DNA of 64,000 bases from positions 496,001 to 560,000 of the forward strand of contig JADEYG010000003.1 of assembly GCA_016906335.1 (NCBI GenBank), given 5' to 3'. A program made the position numbers and the translations under genes. The stretch comes from Novakomyces olei (taxonomy: Eukaryota). Positions 29,912 to 45,369 of the stretch are shown in pieces (the first letter of the stretch is position 1; each line of letters begins with the position of its first letter). The notes beneath the pieces were generated by a model that saw only the letters and a list, made by a program, of their open reading frames with translations, had not been told where the DNA came from and did no database searches.

Positions 29912-31292
29912 ACGGATGGATCCTTACGAATCTTTATGCAGAACATTTTGTACATACTACCATGGGAATACAGTTGTTTTTTCTATTCTCCAAGTAAATT
30001 TTTGTGTGTATTGTACTATTTTATTTGGTAAATGTTGTAGATATCGGTAGGTTCATGTAGCGTTTATTAAGACAATCTCCTTAAATTATAAATGGCGCGA
30101 ATTGTCTGCTGTGAGCATGTTTGTCGAAAACATTATGCGCAAATATTTGCGCCAGGTTTGATCACCGCCATGCACAATGATGCCAGCTAATTTACAGTAG
30201 TAGATATAATACTAGATTGTTGATTTGAAAATTGTTTCAAGTAGTGATGCAATCCCCATTGTGTTTGGCATTTCTTTGATTTGGTGATGTTATTGGAAGG
30301 CGGATCCGTTCATTCATGATAATATTAGGCAATGTGTAAGCTTGGGGGCATATAATTTTCGTTTACTGAACAAACAAAATTTACATTATTACTCCCCTCG
30401 TTAGATTGTATGTAAATCATACATTTGAGAAGCAGCAAACAATAGATCTATTTATTTCGTGGCTAAACGAGAAATGTAGTATATAAACGGCCATTGACAT
30501 CAGAATAGAACCGCTGCAGCGCAAACATGCAAACAGATCGGAATGATACACGACGTTTAAGAGAGCATTGTTATCTGTATAGACTTTTTACTAAATACGT
30601 TTGTGTAAAATGCTTAGAAGATATTTAGCGGCCATCTACAATATTATCCAGATCTAACAAATCAAATACACTGGATTATTCAAGATCAGAGGAAGAGTCA
30701 GATAATCAATACTTTATGGGGGTCTATTCAACACTGTTAATCAAACGCATGTGCTTGTGCCAGCCTCGGGCTCAAAGAATTAGAGCCAAGGCACGATGAA
30801 TGTTCTGCTCCTCATCCTCGACAAATATGAGCGGTCAATGATAAAGAATGTAAATATTACATAAGCAAGATAACAAGCGATAGGTATGTGCTGACAGAAC
30901 AAGTAACGGCAGGTATCATGGAATATAAACAACGCCATATGGAACTCACAGTATCTTGTCAAAATAAAAAAAAAGTAAGTAATACTGGACACCTACAAAT
31001 AAGATCTACTTTATATAATGCGAGGCAAAAGCAAGAGCGAGTGAATCGATAAACGAGGTCAATTGAGTATAAATGAAGATGGCAAAACTTTCTGAACCGT
31101 TAGCGACCGCAAATTAGTCATAAAACTGGTGGCATTTGTCCGTCCGTATTCGCGAGTTTATCACTAAAACTATTCATACAATGTAAAATTAAAAGCACGA
31201 TTGACGCTCGACGACATTATTTATTATAACGAGAATAAACTAACGCACGTACATAAATTTGCTCCACAATTAAATAATTAAATTCACATCGT

Positions 31293-32335
<1,043 letters not shown>

Positions 32336-32478
32336 GTTGATGATGAGACGGAAGAATTGAATACCCATATATTTTTACCCCTATATTTTATACTAAATAA
32401 AATGTAAATAGAGGGAAGAAACAGGAGTACATGTATGTATATATATATCCCAGACTGGAGAAAAACGAGGATTCAATT

Positions 32479-34679
32479 TCAAGGCTTTGATACTTGATCC
32501 AAAACAGCAGACACGCCGCCGACTAAGTGCAGACTGCCGGTCACAAATGCACAAACATCCTTGTCACTCTCGGTTTGCAACCGATAAACAGTCTCTACAG
32601 CGTCTTCGATTGTAGGCAGAATTTGTACTTTACTTTTTCCGTCTGTATCCAATGTTGCCCAATGCTCAGCCAGTTCACGCTGGACTCGAAGCAAAGAAAC
32701 ATCGTTAGCATCCACGTTCATGCTTTTCAAATCTACAAGTAGTCAGAGAGGAATCAAACCGAATAAAATTAAAATTAAAAATAAACAAAAACAAGAACAG
32801 AATGGAAACGAAAATAAAGCTGGTAGTAAACCAATGATAAAATTAAAACAAACATGAAAATGCTCGAACACAGAAAACGACTAACAACAAAACCACGATA
32901 CAGACGAATACCCATATCCTTCCTTAATGCCACACATACCTCCTTTGTACTGCCCATCCTTCCAAGTAACGTTGGAGCAGAAAATGACGTCATCAAAACG
33001 CGCGTCTTGCGATAACGCGTCGGCCAACACGGTTAAAAGATGTTTTGCATTACGCGTTTGTTGATTGAAAACAAGAACGCGTCTTTTGCCTTCAAGGTTA
33101 CGACCGCGAAACCATTCAGCAGCGACTCGAACGCTTTCTTCCGTATGAGCCCCATCAAAACACCACTCAACATCTCTGTACTTGACTGCCTCGCAACGAC
33201 CAGGCCAGTGTGCTTTTTCTAAACCGGCGCGCTCTTCAGCCGTCAATTCTCCATCAAAGTCCTGTGATAAATGCTGCCGAACAAGAGCAATTGCCAGAGA
33301 GGCGTTGTCTTGCTGAAACTCGCCCTCCAATCCTAGACGTACATTCTGAATACCCGCTTTCCGCGAGACGACTACGAGGTTTGTCTAGACGTTAGAATCA
33401 ATCCTTCGTATAAAAGGATACGTGTACTTTGTATTTTCATTTCACCGTCTTCTTTTCATTTTAATTCCGCATTAATTAATTAATCAATTAATTTTTTTCC
33501 AATTATTTTATTGGTTTTTAATTATTATTATTTATTTAGATTTGTTTTCTAGTGGTCCTGTTTCCATCCATTGCTCGGACACTAACCTTTCGTTCACGAG
33601 CTCGCTGCTCAAGTACAGCCAAGGCCACAGGCGGTGCTGGAAGAACATAACCAGGGCTGCTCGCCTTAAAAATCCCGCCTTTATGCCAAGCAATACTCTC
33701 AATTGTATCGCCAAGGACCGTTATATGGTCGATGCCCAGCGAAGAAACGCCAGTGGCCGTTGGTGCAGAAACGATGTTTGTACAATCATACTCCCCACCC
33801 ACACCGACTTCTATAACAGCAGCATCAACCTGAAATTAGTTAAAAAAAAATAAAAATTAGATTAAAAAGAAGTTCAAGAACTAAAGTATAACAATAATAC
33901 ATACATATGTAAAAATATGAATTATATCATTTAGCATATCAGCCATACCTTCTCCATAATAAAAGTGTGCCATGCGACTAGAGTGAGAAACCGAAAGTAG
34001 ACAGGTTTATCACGCGGGTCCCGGCCTTCACGTTCTGCACTTTCCTCTAATCGATCCCAGACTTGGAAAAAATAGCGTGCAAATAATTCTTCGTCTATAG
34101 GTTCCCCATTAATACGGATCCGTTCTCGTACGGCTTTAAGGTGCGGCGAAGTGTAGAGACCGACACGGTGCCGTTGACCCGACGCCAAAAGAACAGAAGA
34201 GACAAAAGCACAAGTCGATCCTTTGCCCTTGGTGCCCGTCACATGAATGACCTTTAACCTGTTGACATCGTCAACCTAATATAAGCATAAAGGGCGTCTA
34301 AAAGAGTAATATCAAGTTTGTTGCTGACGAAAAAAGAAAACAATTCACAGTCTACTAATAAATAATCAAATTACATCAATGGGCATTGACAGTTGTAAAC
34401 TTCAAATTTTCCATTATTCAAAGCAAAGCAGTAACTTACCGAGTAACCAACGCGACGAAGCCATTCTAAAGCCTCGGGTATAGACGTCTGGTTCATAGCA
34501 CCACCAGATTTCCGGATTGCCTCTAACACTCCTGCATTTGTTTGTAGTGTGTTTAGCGCGTCGATTGCCGCCTGATATCAGTCAAGATTCTAAATGATTC
34601 GTACGCTGTAATTGCGGCCCAAGGCCGCAACTGTTGCCATTGATCGTTTGAAACCCGCAAGGCTTTTAAACCGCAGCAT
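32479..34679 (-). CDS. MET7: Folylpolyglutamate synthase, 6 exons
   Basis: AIDALNTLQTN, IHVTGTKGKGSTCAF, GLYTSPHL, EVGVGGEYDCTNI, IAWHKGGIFK, WPGRC, FDGAHT, FVTGSLHLVGG. Confidence 0.95.
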
Positions 34680-34863
34680 AAGCCGCCAGCTGACAGATGA
34701 TAATTTATTAATTTAATATGAACATTCACAATTATTTAAAAGAACTCGAGATTAATATGGCACATTTGACATTTATTTTAATTTTCATCATTTATCCAAA
34801 TATTTGATAACAATACAATATATTTGAATAAATTCATAAAATATATCAATAGCAGAATCATCT

Positions 34864-37424
34864 ATGGAGACACCGGCCTCGTTTAAAAAGAAAAATGGTA
34901 AGCTCATTGCTTTAGTTTGCAAACATATTACTAAATTCAAAAGGCAATTTGATTGTAGCTCGCGACGCATTGGAATGGCGGCCAAAGAGCGGCGATGGCG
35001 GCAAGCCTGTCTCGTTACAGTTCGAAAATATTACGAGTAAGCCAGAGACAAAAGTAAAGGGAAAGAGTCCGATGAATAGGGGAATGAGCGAACCAAATAT
35101 TTCGTTCAAGGAATCTCTATCTTTTGCTCATTTTCACCTGATTTCGTTCTATTTTATCCAATTTATTTCGGCTAGTCTTTATTTAATTCAATTTAATCGA
35201 TCATATTTTGCACAAACTGAGCTTACTCTAGATCTCCAACAGACGCCTCCATCAAGCTCAACAGTGATGATCAAAGTATTTGCTGCAGCGGAAACTGGTG
35301 CGGAGCCAACGGCTTATAAATTTACCTTTACAGACTCGGCAGCCCGTGACCAATGTAATACCTTAACGTCTGCGCTTAAAGACGCAATCGCTACGTCTAA
35401 AATGCCACGAGAGGAGGTTCCTGCTACAAATAGGTCTGTGGCAAGCTCTGCAACAACGGCAGATGCGCTTTTAAAGAACTCAACTCTTCAACAGTCTCTA
35501 TTAAAAGCAGACTCGGCACTGTCTGATATTTTTCGTGAAACTGTTATAAAAGGCTCATTAACGGTTCAACAGTTTTGGGAGGCCCGAGTGCCGTTGCTCC
35601 GTAGTTTTTTCCTTGAACAAGCACAGCAACGCGGGCCTTATAATGTACTGGCGTCGATTCGACCAAAAACTGAGGATAACACGATAAAATTTTCCCTTAC
35701 TCGCGAACAGATCCGTGATATGTTTGAGCAGCAGCCTGTAATCCGTCACGTGTATAACGAACTCGTGCCCAAGGTAGGATCAATTTATGCTGTGATTGTA
35801 ATAACAATTTTAATCATAATCATAATCCTAACAATAATTATGATTATATTTCTAGTCAAAAAAATATCAAATGATTGCTGACGGCCTCTTCTAATTTCAA
35901 GGTATCGGAAAAAGAGTTTTGGACGCGATTTTTTACCTCAAGATTATGCAAAAAACTGCGTGGTGAACGGATTGCCGTTGGTGATCCTACAGATGACCTT
36001 TTAGACCAATTCTTGACATATAATCCAAATGGTATTTAAAAGACATAAATATGTCTAATTTTTACTAATATCAGCCGAAACTGGGGCAAACCAGGACGCA
36101 CCGCCAACGATAAATGTGGAGGCAAACGAGCAGGATGTTAGCATGGTAGGCAGCACTTGAGAAGCTCTTTCTATAGATTCGAGCTGTAACAAAATCTTAT
36201 TATCAAATTGAATTATTTTATTTTCTTAAATTTGTTTTAAGTTGTTTCTTATAATTCCAAATGATTTGTTTTATTATAAATTTATCTGCAATACCAATTA
36301 AATATCGCACCTTTTGTCTATTCGACTCCTTAATCTCAGCAATTATGATTGATCATTATTAATAAAATGAAGCCCTACGGAAACAGACCAGACATCACAA
36401 TGCGGCCGGACGAAAATGTGCCCGTTATTCATTCCATCAACGCAATCTCACAACGAATGTTGCACAGTACTGGAGCGTAAGTCTTCCCAAACGAAGCTTA
36501 AATTTGTTAAACAAAATTAAAATAAATTTAATATTTATTAAATTTAATTTAATTAAATATATAAAATTAATTAATAACATTTTATATAGAGCCCAACGCC
36601 GGTCTGCACGTGGTGATGATTCTGATTATCTCCAATCAGTAAGACTCGACGACCTGTACGGCGATCGCGAAGTGCACCAAATTCTTCTTCGAGTACGTGG
36701 GCAGCACGAATTCTTTGCAAAAGCCCACCAACAGGAAGAGAACCAACAGTCCACGCACGTCATCGCCGATGGTGGCGATAACGCGGAGATATCTCCGGCG
36801 ATGGCCGCAGAAACCTTGTACAAATCACTGGAGTTGCCCACATTCGAACTGGGAACTTTAGCAGGAACAGACGCTGAGGCTTTGGACAGAGTAGCGCAAA
36901 GCGAAATGAGCCTTATGCGCAGAGAAGCACAAGAATTGTCTCAGAGAGATCAAGAAACTTCAGCGCCTGGAATCCCTCGCACGGCAATGGAACAACTTTC
37001 AATGAGCCACGCCGCTGCCCAGGAATATTTGAGGCAGTTTTGGGCTATTTTGCTTTCCGGCGATGCCCGACGGGCAGGCTCTCTTCGAGATATTGCTGGA
37101 TTCTTACGGAAAACCCCAGCAAGAATTGATGCAATTGCCAACGAAGCTGCATCTGCAGGATATGATGCAGCAAATGTGCACAGGGTATTCTTTGGAACAT
37201 GATATAAAAAATGAATTTGATAAAAATAATAAATTGAGAGAAAATATGTTCAAAAAATGATATATCATAAAAATAAAGAGAAGACAAAACTATTAAATGG
37301 AAATGAGAGATTATTATAAATCAACAACCAACAGCTTTCTAATAACAAAAAACAGATGTCTTCAGCCCTTCTTCAATCGGTAACGAGAGCACTAAACGAG
37401 TACCAGCGAGCTAAGAAAAGTTGA
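34864..37424 (+). CDS. TFB1: TFIIH core subunit Tfb1/p62, 8 exons
   Basis: N-terminal PH-like FKKKNG..LQQTP; BSD motifs (QFWEARVPLL, SEKEFWTRFFTSRL); GPYNVLASIRP; GNRPDITMRP; EYLRQFW. Confidence 0.9.
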
Positions 37425-37569
37425 TATTCTATAACCTCGTAACCACGATAGTTTCAAGTTTAATGTTTGGCTACAAGATATAAATTTCGACCGATTTTGC
37501 GAAATAAAGATCGAGCGGACTAGCCGGCAATTAGGTCCATATGATTCGCCATTATATAATTATGTTCGA

Positions 37570-40500
37570 CTAGTTAAAGCCGAAACCAGTGTTCTCACTG
37601 ATTGCCCTGAGCAATTTGCTAGAAGTCGTTAGTGCTATACTTACGGGAGGATCATGAGCCGTACCTTTTTAGCAATTGCTTGCTATTATACGGAGGTAGT
37701 TTAAGCAGATTCACGCAAGTGCTAGCCGTTGGCTGGGAAAAGGTTAGCGATTGTATTTAGACATTGGTATTTAATATTTTATTTTCATTCCATTCCCTAA
37801 TAACTATGGCTTACCAACTTGTTTAGGTCATTTCCTTCATCACAGCGAATGGCGATTTGCGGGTTAAGTGCCTTGAACCCCATTATTGGCGGCTTAGCTA
37901 CACTCGTCACAAACTTCACAAAATCTCGTCTTTCGCTCTCTGTCATTTCCTGCAAAACTTGCCAAAAATATTTGATTGTAGGATTGGCATCGCCTCCGTC
38001 AAACCCGTATATGATTGTATAACGTTTCATGTCTTCAAGATCAATGCTCACAGAGGCTCCACTAACGAGGCACTGCAATTCTTGCTGGTTAAATGTGGAC
38101 AGCCAAGTCAAATCCACAATTTTTGAGAGTCCTTTAACAAAGGCTGCACTCTGCTTGGCTAGACGGGTATTTAATCGATAATTGGAAACGAGATGGATAT
38201 AGTGCAATTTGTTATCGTTAGTGACAGGAATATCCGATCCATTCGGTATTAAATCGATCGTTTTAGACGCGCCGAGCTCTGTGGAAAAAAGGAAAAGTTA
38301 GTCGGAGTAATCAATGACATTTTTTTTTTTCATTTACCTTCTATTGTAACCGTAAAGTTTAGCGAAAATACACTTTCAACATCGGGGCCATCATAATGTT
38401 TTAAATATACCAGACCTTTATAGAGATCGGGGTCCATGCTAGCCAAATCATCAACTGCAAGAATAAGCAAGAGCTCGAAAAATGTAAAGTTGTGATAGTA
38501 GATATTAATAAACGACTTATAAAAATAATAAATAAAAAACTTTAATAATACTAAATAAACAAATAAACGAATAAACAAATAAAATTTATTTGAAAAATTC
38601 CATAATACTTACCATAACCAGCCTTTCCAAGCCATTTTAACACAAAAAAAGGAGCAAACTGGGCGTCCACTAAAATTCCGGAATACACACATTTCCCAAT
38701 GAGCATGCCTGTAAATTCGTAGAACTGCAGACTCTTTGCTGCGACAATTAGAACAATATTATTGAAGTAGACGTACCATCTTGATTGAAACTCTGAGGAT
38801 TCGGATACAGTAAATTGTCTACTGTCTCTACGAAAAGCCCGTAATCAGTGTTGAACACTTCCTTGCAAATGGCAGTAAGAAACTCCTTTGTCAGCCCACC
38901 TCCATCAATACCAAGCTCAACGTTCCCATGCTCATCAATAAAAGTAATCTCCGTGTCAGCCTTAAAGAGACTGCCAAGAGGGTAAAAATTATCGAACCCA
39001 TCCTCAAAAGCATTCGCCCTTCGTATAGTGGCCTTGTGTTTGTTTGCATGCCACATGTTAGAGAAGCCACGCCGCTCTCGATCAAGAGCAATCAGTTGCT
39101 GTAGTATATTGTATCGGACTCTGAATGGAAGGAAAAACGGACACTCGTTCAGTATAGCAAGACGACTCAATGAATGGCTCGCTGCTACAGACGTTGAATG
39201 AACCATAGAAAGTGCACTTCCAGCATTTGCCTCGTCCTCCTGCTCCGCTTTTTTGGCTTCGTTTAATACAGCCGAACCGAATGATTCAATGTTTACTCGA
39301 TCGCTCATTAACCAATGGTTGTCGGGAGTAAACCTTCGGCGACTGTCGCGTCTAAATAGTTGCTGTATTAAATCGGTGAGTGTCCGACGTGAATTGACAA
39401 AATGCCGAGAGGCAGAAATACTGTTCGTCGGAATTGTTCCGTCCAAAAACATGCTAATCAATACATTCTGTATGTTAGTATAAAAGTGCGTAAAAAACAC
39501 GAATTTAGAGTGTTAAATTATATATTAACTATTCCTACCTTTAGAATATCCGTTAGACGTACAACTTCATGCAAGTTGAGCACATTCTGAGCCGGATCAA
39601 AGAATTCGTCATCAATCTGAAATTAGCAAATTCGTTTATCAAGTCAGATTAAATTGTTGAGTTTCAATTCTTTTTACAATGCTTTTTGTTTGAATTTATT
39701 TATTTAATTTATTTTTGTTTAATTTTTATTTAATATGATTTGTTGGTTTATTTATTTCATTTGTCGTTTTCTCTGTAAGCAAGGTTACTTTTAATTTTGT
39801 GTTAATTTTTATTAACTCTGTATTTTTTGATTTACTTACCATTGTAAGAAGTGACCGCGAATAAACCATTGAAAACAGCTCGAACACCTGCCAGTCGTCA
39901 CGCAAAGACTTATTTTCAGAATCTTGACATAAACATTGTATTAATCCGTCACGCGACAGTCCAATGCTGATTTGACTTTTAATTATATAATCCCACGCCA
40001 TACGAAGCAGGCTCGCATTATGTGGACCACGATTACGGGCTAAAAGAACAAGTAACGCTGACCTTCGCCAAGGACAAACATTAACGATAGTGAGCCCAAA
40101 ATGGCAAACGGCCGTAAGAGTTTGCGGCGTTAATATGGACATTATATAAGCCACAGTCTCCTGACTCGTCAGCCGGTCTAAAGCAGACTTTGCATTAGGG
40201 CTTATAGAAGCAAAAGTGCGCTCAAAAGTCGCAGTTTCCCGATCTGCACCACTAGACAGAGTCTCGTAATCATCATCATCGTCCTCACGAGCTTGCGTTA
40301 TTGCCTGGGCTTTGCCCCGCTCCAAATGTAAAATAGTGTTGTCCAACACTCTGGAAGCAAATAGGAGAAAATTCTATCATAAGCAAAGAACTAGCAAATT
40401 AAAAAACTATATAAAAAAAAATAAGAACAATGTAGAAAATAAATAAATAACAAAGCAAACTTACGGTGGCATAGGCCTTACTGGCAGTAATAAACGGAGC

Positions 40501-41396
40501 AAGGCTGGCCAAATTAATAACAAGCAACACAAGTTCCTTTTCTGTAAAATCGTCCATCTTCATTGTACTACCCGTGGAAAGAAGCAAACCAATATTACAA
40601 CTTTGCCAAACTGAGGTAGAATCGCTGCCCAGTTCGCAGAGTACCATACAGTTTCGGATGAAATCCGTAAACACAGAGGGCTGAGTATGCGTGGCGAGAG
40701 GAAGAGCCAGTGCCGTCTGCCAACCATACAAGTCCTTGGGCAGTTTGAGTAACGTTGCGTAATAGGAGATTTGGGGACAGGTACCGAACCGCTGTACTAT
40801 ACCAGCCGCTACTTGCACACAGCATGTCAGCTGTTCATTTGTGAGAGAGTTAGGCGGGTGAGTGGAAGCTGCAGTGATAGCAACACCACTAAACCGACTT
40901 AAAATCCGTCCGGGCGAGCCTGGATCGACAAGTGAAGGGTTTGATTCCACAATAGAGCACAAGTTGGCAACGCGTAATGCATCTCCTTTGCCCGCGTTGT
41001 ATACTTGCGCAACGAGGAGCATAGACAAGTAGACATCGTGTTTATTATCTATTCCGCTGCTCAAAACACGATCTATAAAACCACGAAACTCGTTGCAGGT
41101 CCGGGACCATAATAAGAACCGATGGAACTGGGCCTGTTTGACGATTAAATCAGCTTTCCATTCTTTATTTCAATTTTCTGTATTTATTATGTTTTTATTC
41201 TGCTGTTCTCTGTTTCAGCAATATCCAAAGGTCGAAATACCTGTATCTTTCGGGCAGCGTCATCAGCACGTCTCGCGTTTTCGCGGGCGCGACGCTCCTG
41301 AATCGTTTTTTGCAGGAGAGCGTCCTTGTTTCCCTGCCGTTTCCGGCCGAGATCTACGTGCCGTTTTGCCCGATAGTTGCCCTCGAATGTGTACAT
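37570..41396 (-). CDS. HUL5: HECT E3 ubiquitin ligase, Hul5/UBE3C family, 10 exons
   Basis: MYTFEGNYRAKRHVDLG, IQ-like AARKIQ, GIDGGGLTKEFL, KFVTSVAKPPIMGF, LPTASTCVNLLKLPPY (catalytic Cys). Confidence 0.93.
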
Positions 41397-41734
41397 GCCG
41401 CGATGCCGTAATGTGCATGTACGCAGATAACGATTATATTACGATGATGTTCGATAAGGCAGTTTATGTTATTGTTAACTGATATATAGGGTACATTGTG
41501 GCGATTTACGAAATTATTGCTATTTAATGATAGTCTAACTTTATTATGGGTCACATGCAAAAGGGATCCAACAAAGCACATGAAAAATAAATAAATAAAT
41601 AAATAAATAAATAAATTAATTAATTATCATAAATACAGTCATGTATTTATTAAATATTCACAATATAAATAATATTATATATCAAGATATGCCAAAGGTT
41701 TAATATTAATATATAAATATATACATGCAATGCA

Positions 41735-42931
41735 TCAGTCGGCTTTAACGCCGTTCTGACCAACAGACGGCGACAATTGCCGCTGTATAAACTCACACAT
41801 CTTGTCTAGTCCTTGCCACCTTTCCACGTCATCATTGCCGAGGTAAGAAAAAACCATTGGCCAAGCATGAACACCGTTAGGCTCCACGATCTTTTCAACA
41901 CAGCGAGCTCCACGCTGCCTGTGCAGGGAGCGGTACAGCTGCTCGTTCTCCCTGGCCAAAGTCTCTGCTGAGCCATAAACAAAAAGTAGCCCTCTTGTAG
42001 GAATCATGTCGTGTGCCAATACAATGTCGTTTTCAGCTGCAGAAACAAGATCAAGCAGGCAATTATCGACACAAAGCTCAGCGTGTAGCATTTTCTGCAG
42101 ATTTATATCGGCGTGATTAGAACGCAGCCAGTTGAGGATCAAACCACCGTGCACGAGATGTTCACGTGCACCTGAATAAGCCATTGCGTAATAATCAAGC
42201 GTATCAGCGTCTATATAATCTCCCAACTCATTACTGCGTTTAGTGCCGACTCTCAGATCTAGCCAAGCGGAAATGAGGACACAGAGATCTGGGGCAGGTA
42301 ATCCGGCGACATCAATATTCTCGCGCATATCTGCCGTGGCTACTGTAGCAACAGCCGGACGCCCAGACAAGAGAGCCAGTAAGGAAGCACATAAATGAGC
42401 TCCGGCCGAGTCGCCCATTAAGCAAACGCGCGCTTGAGGATGCTGTTCACGTACATATCTGTATGCATCCAGTGCCTGAATGATTTGATTTGGGAATCTG
42501 GTAGTGGGGGCCAGTGTATAGCCGGCAGCATAAATGGCCGTAGAGCAAGCCTTAGGAGGAGACAGAGACTCTGCGTCAGATTGAAACCCGTTTGAATAAT
42601 TGCCGCTACTGTCTTTACATACATTCAAAGTGCAGTACTCGTTGTTCAGCTTTGAGCACAGAGTACAGAGATATTCTTGGTAGAATTCGGGTGAGCCCAT
42701 GACGAAACCGCCGCCGTGGAAATAGAGGACGACAAGACGTACATCCGACAGCTGGCCTTCGGGAGGTATTATACGTAGACCAAAGAATTTTCTTGTTTTG
42801 ACTGGTTCGACCCATTGCAGTGTAGCGCCAAGTGATCGCCAGCCCATGAACCAGTTGCTCTGTGCTGCGGAGAAAAAGACTCTGCCGTTAGTACGCGTAG
42901 ATGGACATTGAATGAATAATAAATAGATAGA

Positions 42932-42994
<63 letters not shown>

Positions 42995-43409
42995 ATAGAC
43001 AATTAATCATTAGCACAGAAAGCTAAACGTAAATCAGCTACAACATACTTCCCAGCATAAGGCGAAATGCTTGAGAAAGCAAATCGGACAATGCGCAACA
43101 CGATCTCACAAAGTTAGTTTGTTGTCAAGTGGTAAGTGCAGCATACATCTTGCCATAAACTGCAGCGCTGAGACCATCCTGGTTTGCGAAACAAAAGCCG
43201 ATCAACCACCAGATCAAGAGGCAAAAAGCAGGCTAGACTTGATTAGTCGTTATTGCTTATAATCAATACATACAAACAAAGCAGGCTGCCAGAAATGCCG
43301 TTTCGAATAGCTCCAGAGCATGCATTCGCAGCACCATCAGCGGCAAAAGCGAGGATAAAAAGAGCGGCGCGTCGCGCAAAAGCCATACTGGCGCCATTAC
43401 AAAAGACAT
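41735..43409 (-). CDS. HSL-family alpha/beta hydrolase (Say1-like), 4 exons
   Basis: YFHGGGF oxyanion motif, GDSAG nucleophile, GVHAWP; hydrophobic N-terminal exons. Confidence 0.88.
42931..42997. repeat. (TAAA)n intronic microsatellite
   Basis: Inside intron 3 of the hydrolase gene; reads (TTTA)n on the sense strand. Confidence 0.95.
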
Positions 43410-43611
43410 TTTTATCAGTCGACTTATCGTGAATACTTGATGCTCATTAGCCTGTCCATTTGACACGTTGCTCGAGACATGTGAAAGTTTATGTATGATA
43501 TCATTATTCTCCATAAAAACAGCGCACAAATCCCGAGCTCGCCTTTGTATATCAATGAAGAAAATAGAGAGAAAAATTAAAAAAATAAAAAAATAAAAAA
43601 ATAACTAATTG

Positions 43612-43614
<3 letters not shown>

Positions 43615-43650
<36 letters not shown>
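43615..43650. repeat. Poly(dA) tract, about 36 nt
   Basis: In the divergent hydrolase/TTI2 intergenic region. Confidence 0.95.
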
Positions 43651-43654
<4 letters not shown>

Positions 43655-43750
43655 AATCGTTAGACAAATACCACATACATAAACTACAGTATGTAGTGAT
43701 AGTTATATAATATAATAAAAGAGTCAGGCTGCCTTTGAGTGGAATGATAC

Positions 43751-45268
43751 ATGACGTACGAAGCGATAGAGCAAGTACGGCGATCTTTCACGGTGCCTCA
43801 CGTGCGAAATGCAACATTGCAATTATCAGAATTATATGCGGCGGCTGATGTCTCTGAAGGCGCTTCGCTTTTACGCGCTGCAAAAGCCTGTATTACGCCA
43901 ATAGTGCCGTTCAGCAAGTATGAATCTCTTGGTATGGTTTTTTCGTTGCTGCCGACGCTAATGTTTCAGATGATGGTGCGAAAAAGGCTGTAGCCAATCT
44001 CTATCACGAGCAGGTACGACTGCTGATACGGGCTTACCCGAGTCCGGAATGGCCAGAATCAGAAAGGCTGCAGGTGCAATATACGCTTGCCTGCTTTACC
44101 GATCCAGTGGACCCGTGGACCTTTGAGCCGGATGCCGTACAAGCTGGTTGGCTGTTTGAAAAAGACGACGCATTATGTCAAAGGTTATTAGAAGGCTACG
44201 TGAAACCTGTCTGCATAGACTCGCGTGCTCGCAGTCGTGCTGTAACGAGCCAAGGCAGACGCGATTATTTCCCAAACGAAAGGATCAATTACTTTTATCA
44301 AAGCAGTGGCCAGCAAGAACCGACTCCGCTACAAGATCACTTAGAAGTTGGTGCAGTTCTATCGTTCTGTATAAGCCATTCGATCGATACTCTCGGGCTG
44401 TTTCCTTTACTCGTACCTTCTTTGCTCGCACTGCTGGAGGACTCAAGTTTTCGTGTGCGGTTACGTGCACAGTACGTCTTGCAATCGCTACTCTCCCGCT
44501 TTGAAACCGAATCTATTATTCTCGTTCGTACGGGTCTGCTCGACGTTTTCAAGCAACTTTGCCTCCTTGGTATGACGTATTATCCGCCGCTTCTGTCGAC
44601 TAGAGAGTCTGTGGAGTTCATCACTATTTCTTTGAACAATACTATTGATATATGCCAGATAGACGCTCAGACTCAGAAGGTGCCTATTGATGGATTTCTT
44701 CTACCCGTGCTCCGTGATCAGGTTATCCATGGGTATGCCTCCGTTTCAGACAAGCCTGAACTCGTTGTCACGTTGAATAAATGCGTGCAAAGAATAGCGG
44801 ATTTTGTGGGACTGAGTATTGTAAGATACTTGAAGGTATGATAATCTGATAATGCCTATCAGTTTCGTTTCAAATGTTCAATTACATTTCTTGATATATA
44901 TATTTGCATGGCTTTCTACGCTATTTCAATAATTTTATGCTAACGTTAAGCCTTTACTGGACATTATCCGTGACATTTTAATGAACCCATTAACGCCCTT
45001 ATCGGCTCAACTTTTGCAGGCTACGCTATCGCTGCTGCAGACTCTACTGGATGTTGCTCGGCCCCGTATATCACTACACAAAGCCACAGTTTGGGAGGCA
45101 TTGGTAATTTGCTGGCTAAATTCACAAAACGAGCCAGGGCTGGAGTCTAGTCTGGAGCAATTAAAAAGTTGTTTCTCAACAATGGATAAGGAGATCGATA
45201 CAAACGATATCGAGTTCAAAAAAATGAAACAAGAATCACCGGCTGGATTGGTTGGAGATTGTGTTTAA
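43751..45268 (+). CDS. TTI2: TTT complex subunit Tti2, 3 exons
   Basis: PLLVPSLLALLED, LVRTGLLDVF, GLSIVRYLK|PLL..ILMNP, PRISLHK..ALVICW fit the Tti2 family. Confidence 0.75.
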
Positions 45269-45369
45269 TTAATCAGTCTATTAAGACTATCATGATTGGT
45301 TCACGAAAGGATGCGTCGTCAGTTAATAGTGCCTAAACTACGAATCCAAACTAAACAAACATATGCTGT

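Noticed and set aside
30796-30967. Chain of splice-like signals (GTAAAT..TAG, GTATGT, GTATCA..CAG) that could give a peptide of about 32 aa
   Set aside because: Weak branch points and no recognisable product; cannot be supported without RNA data
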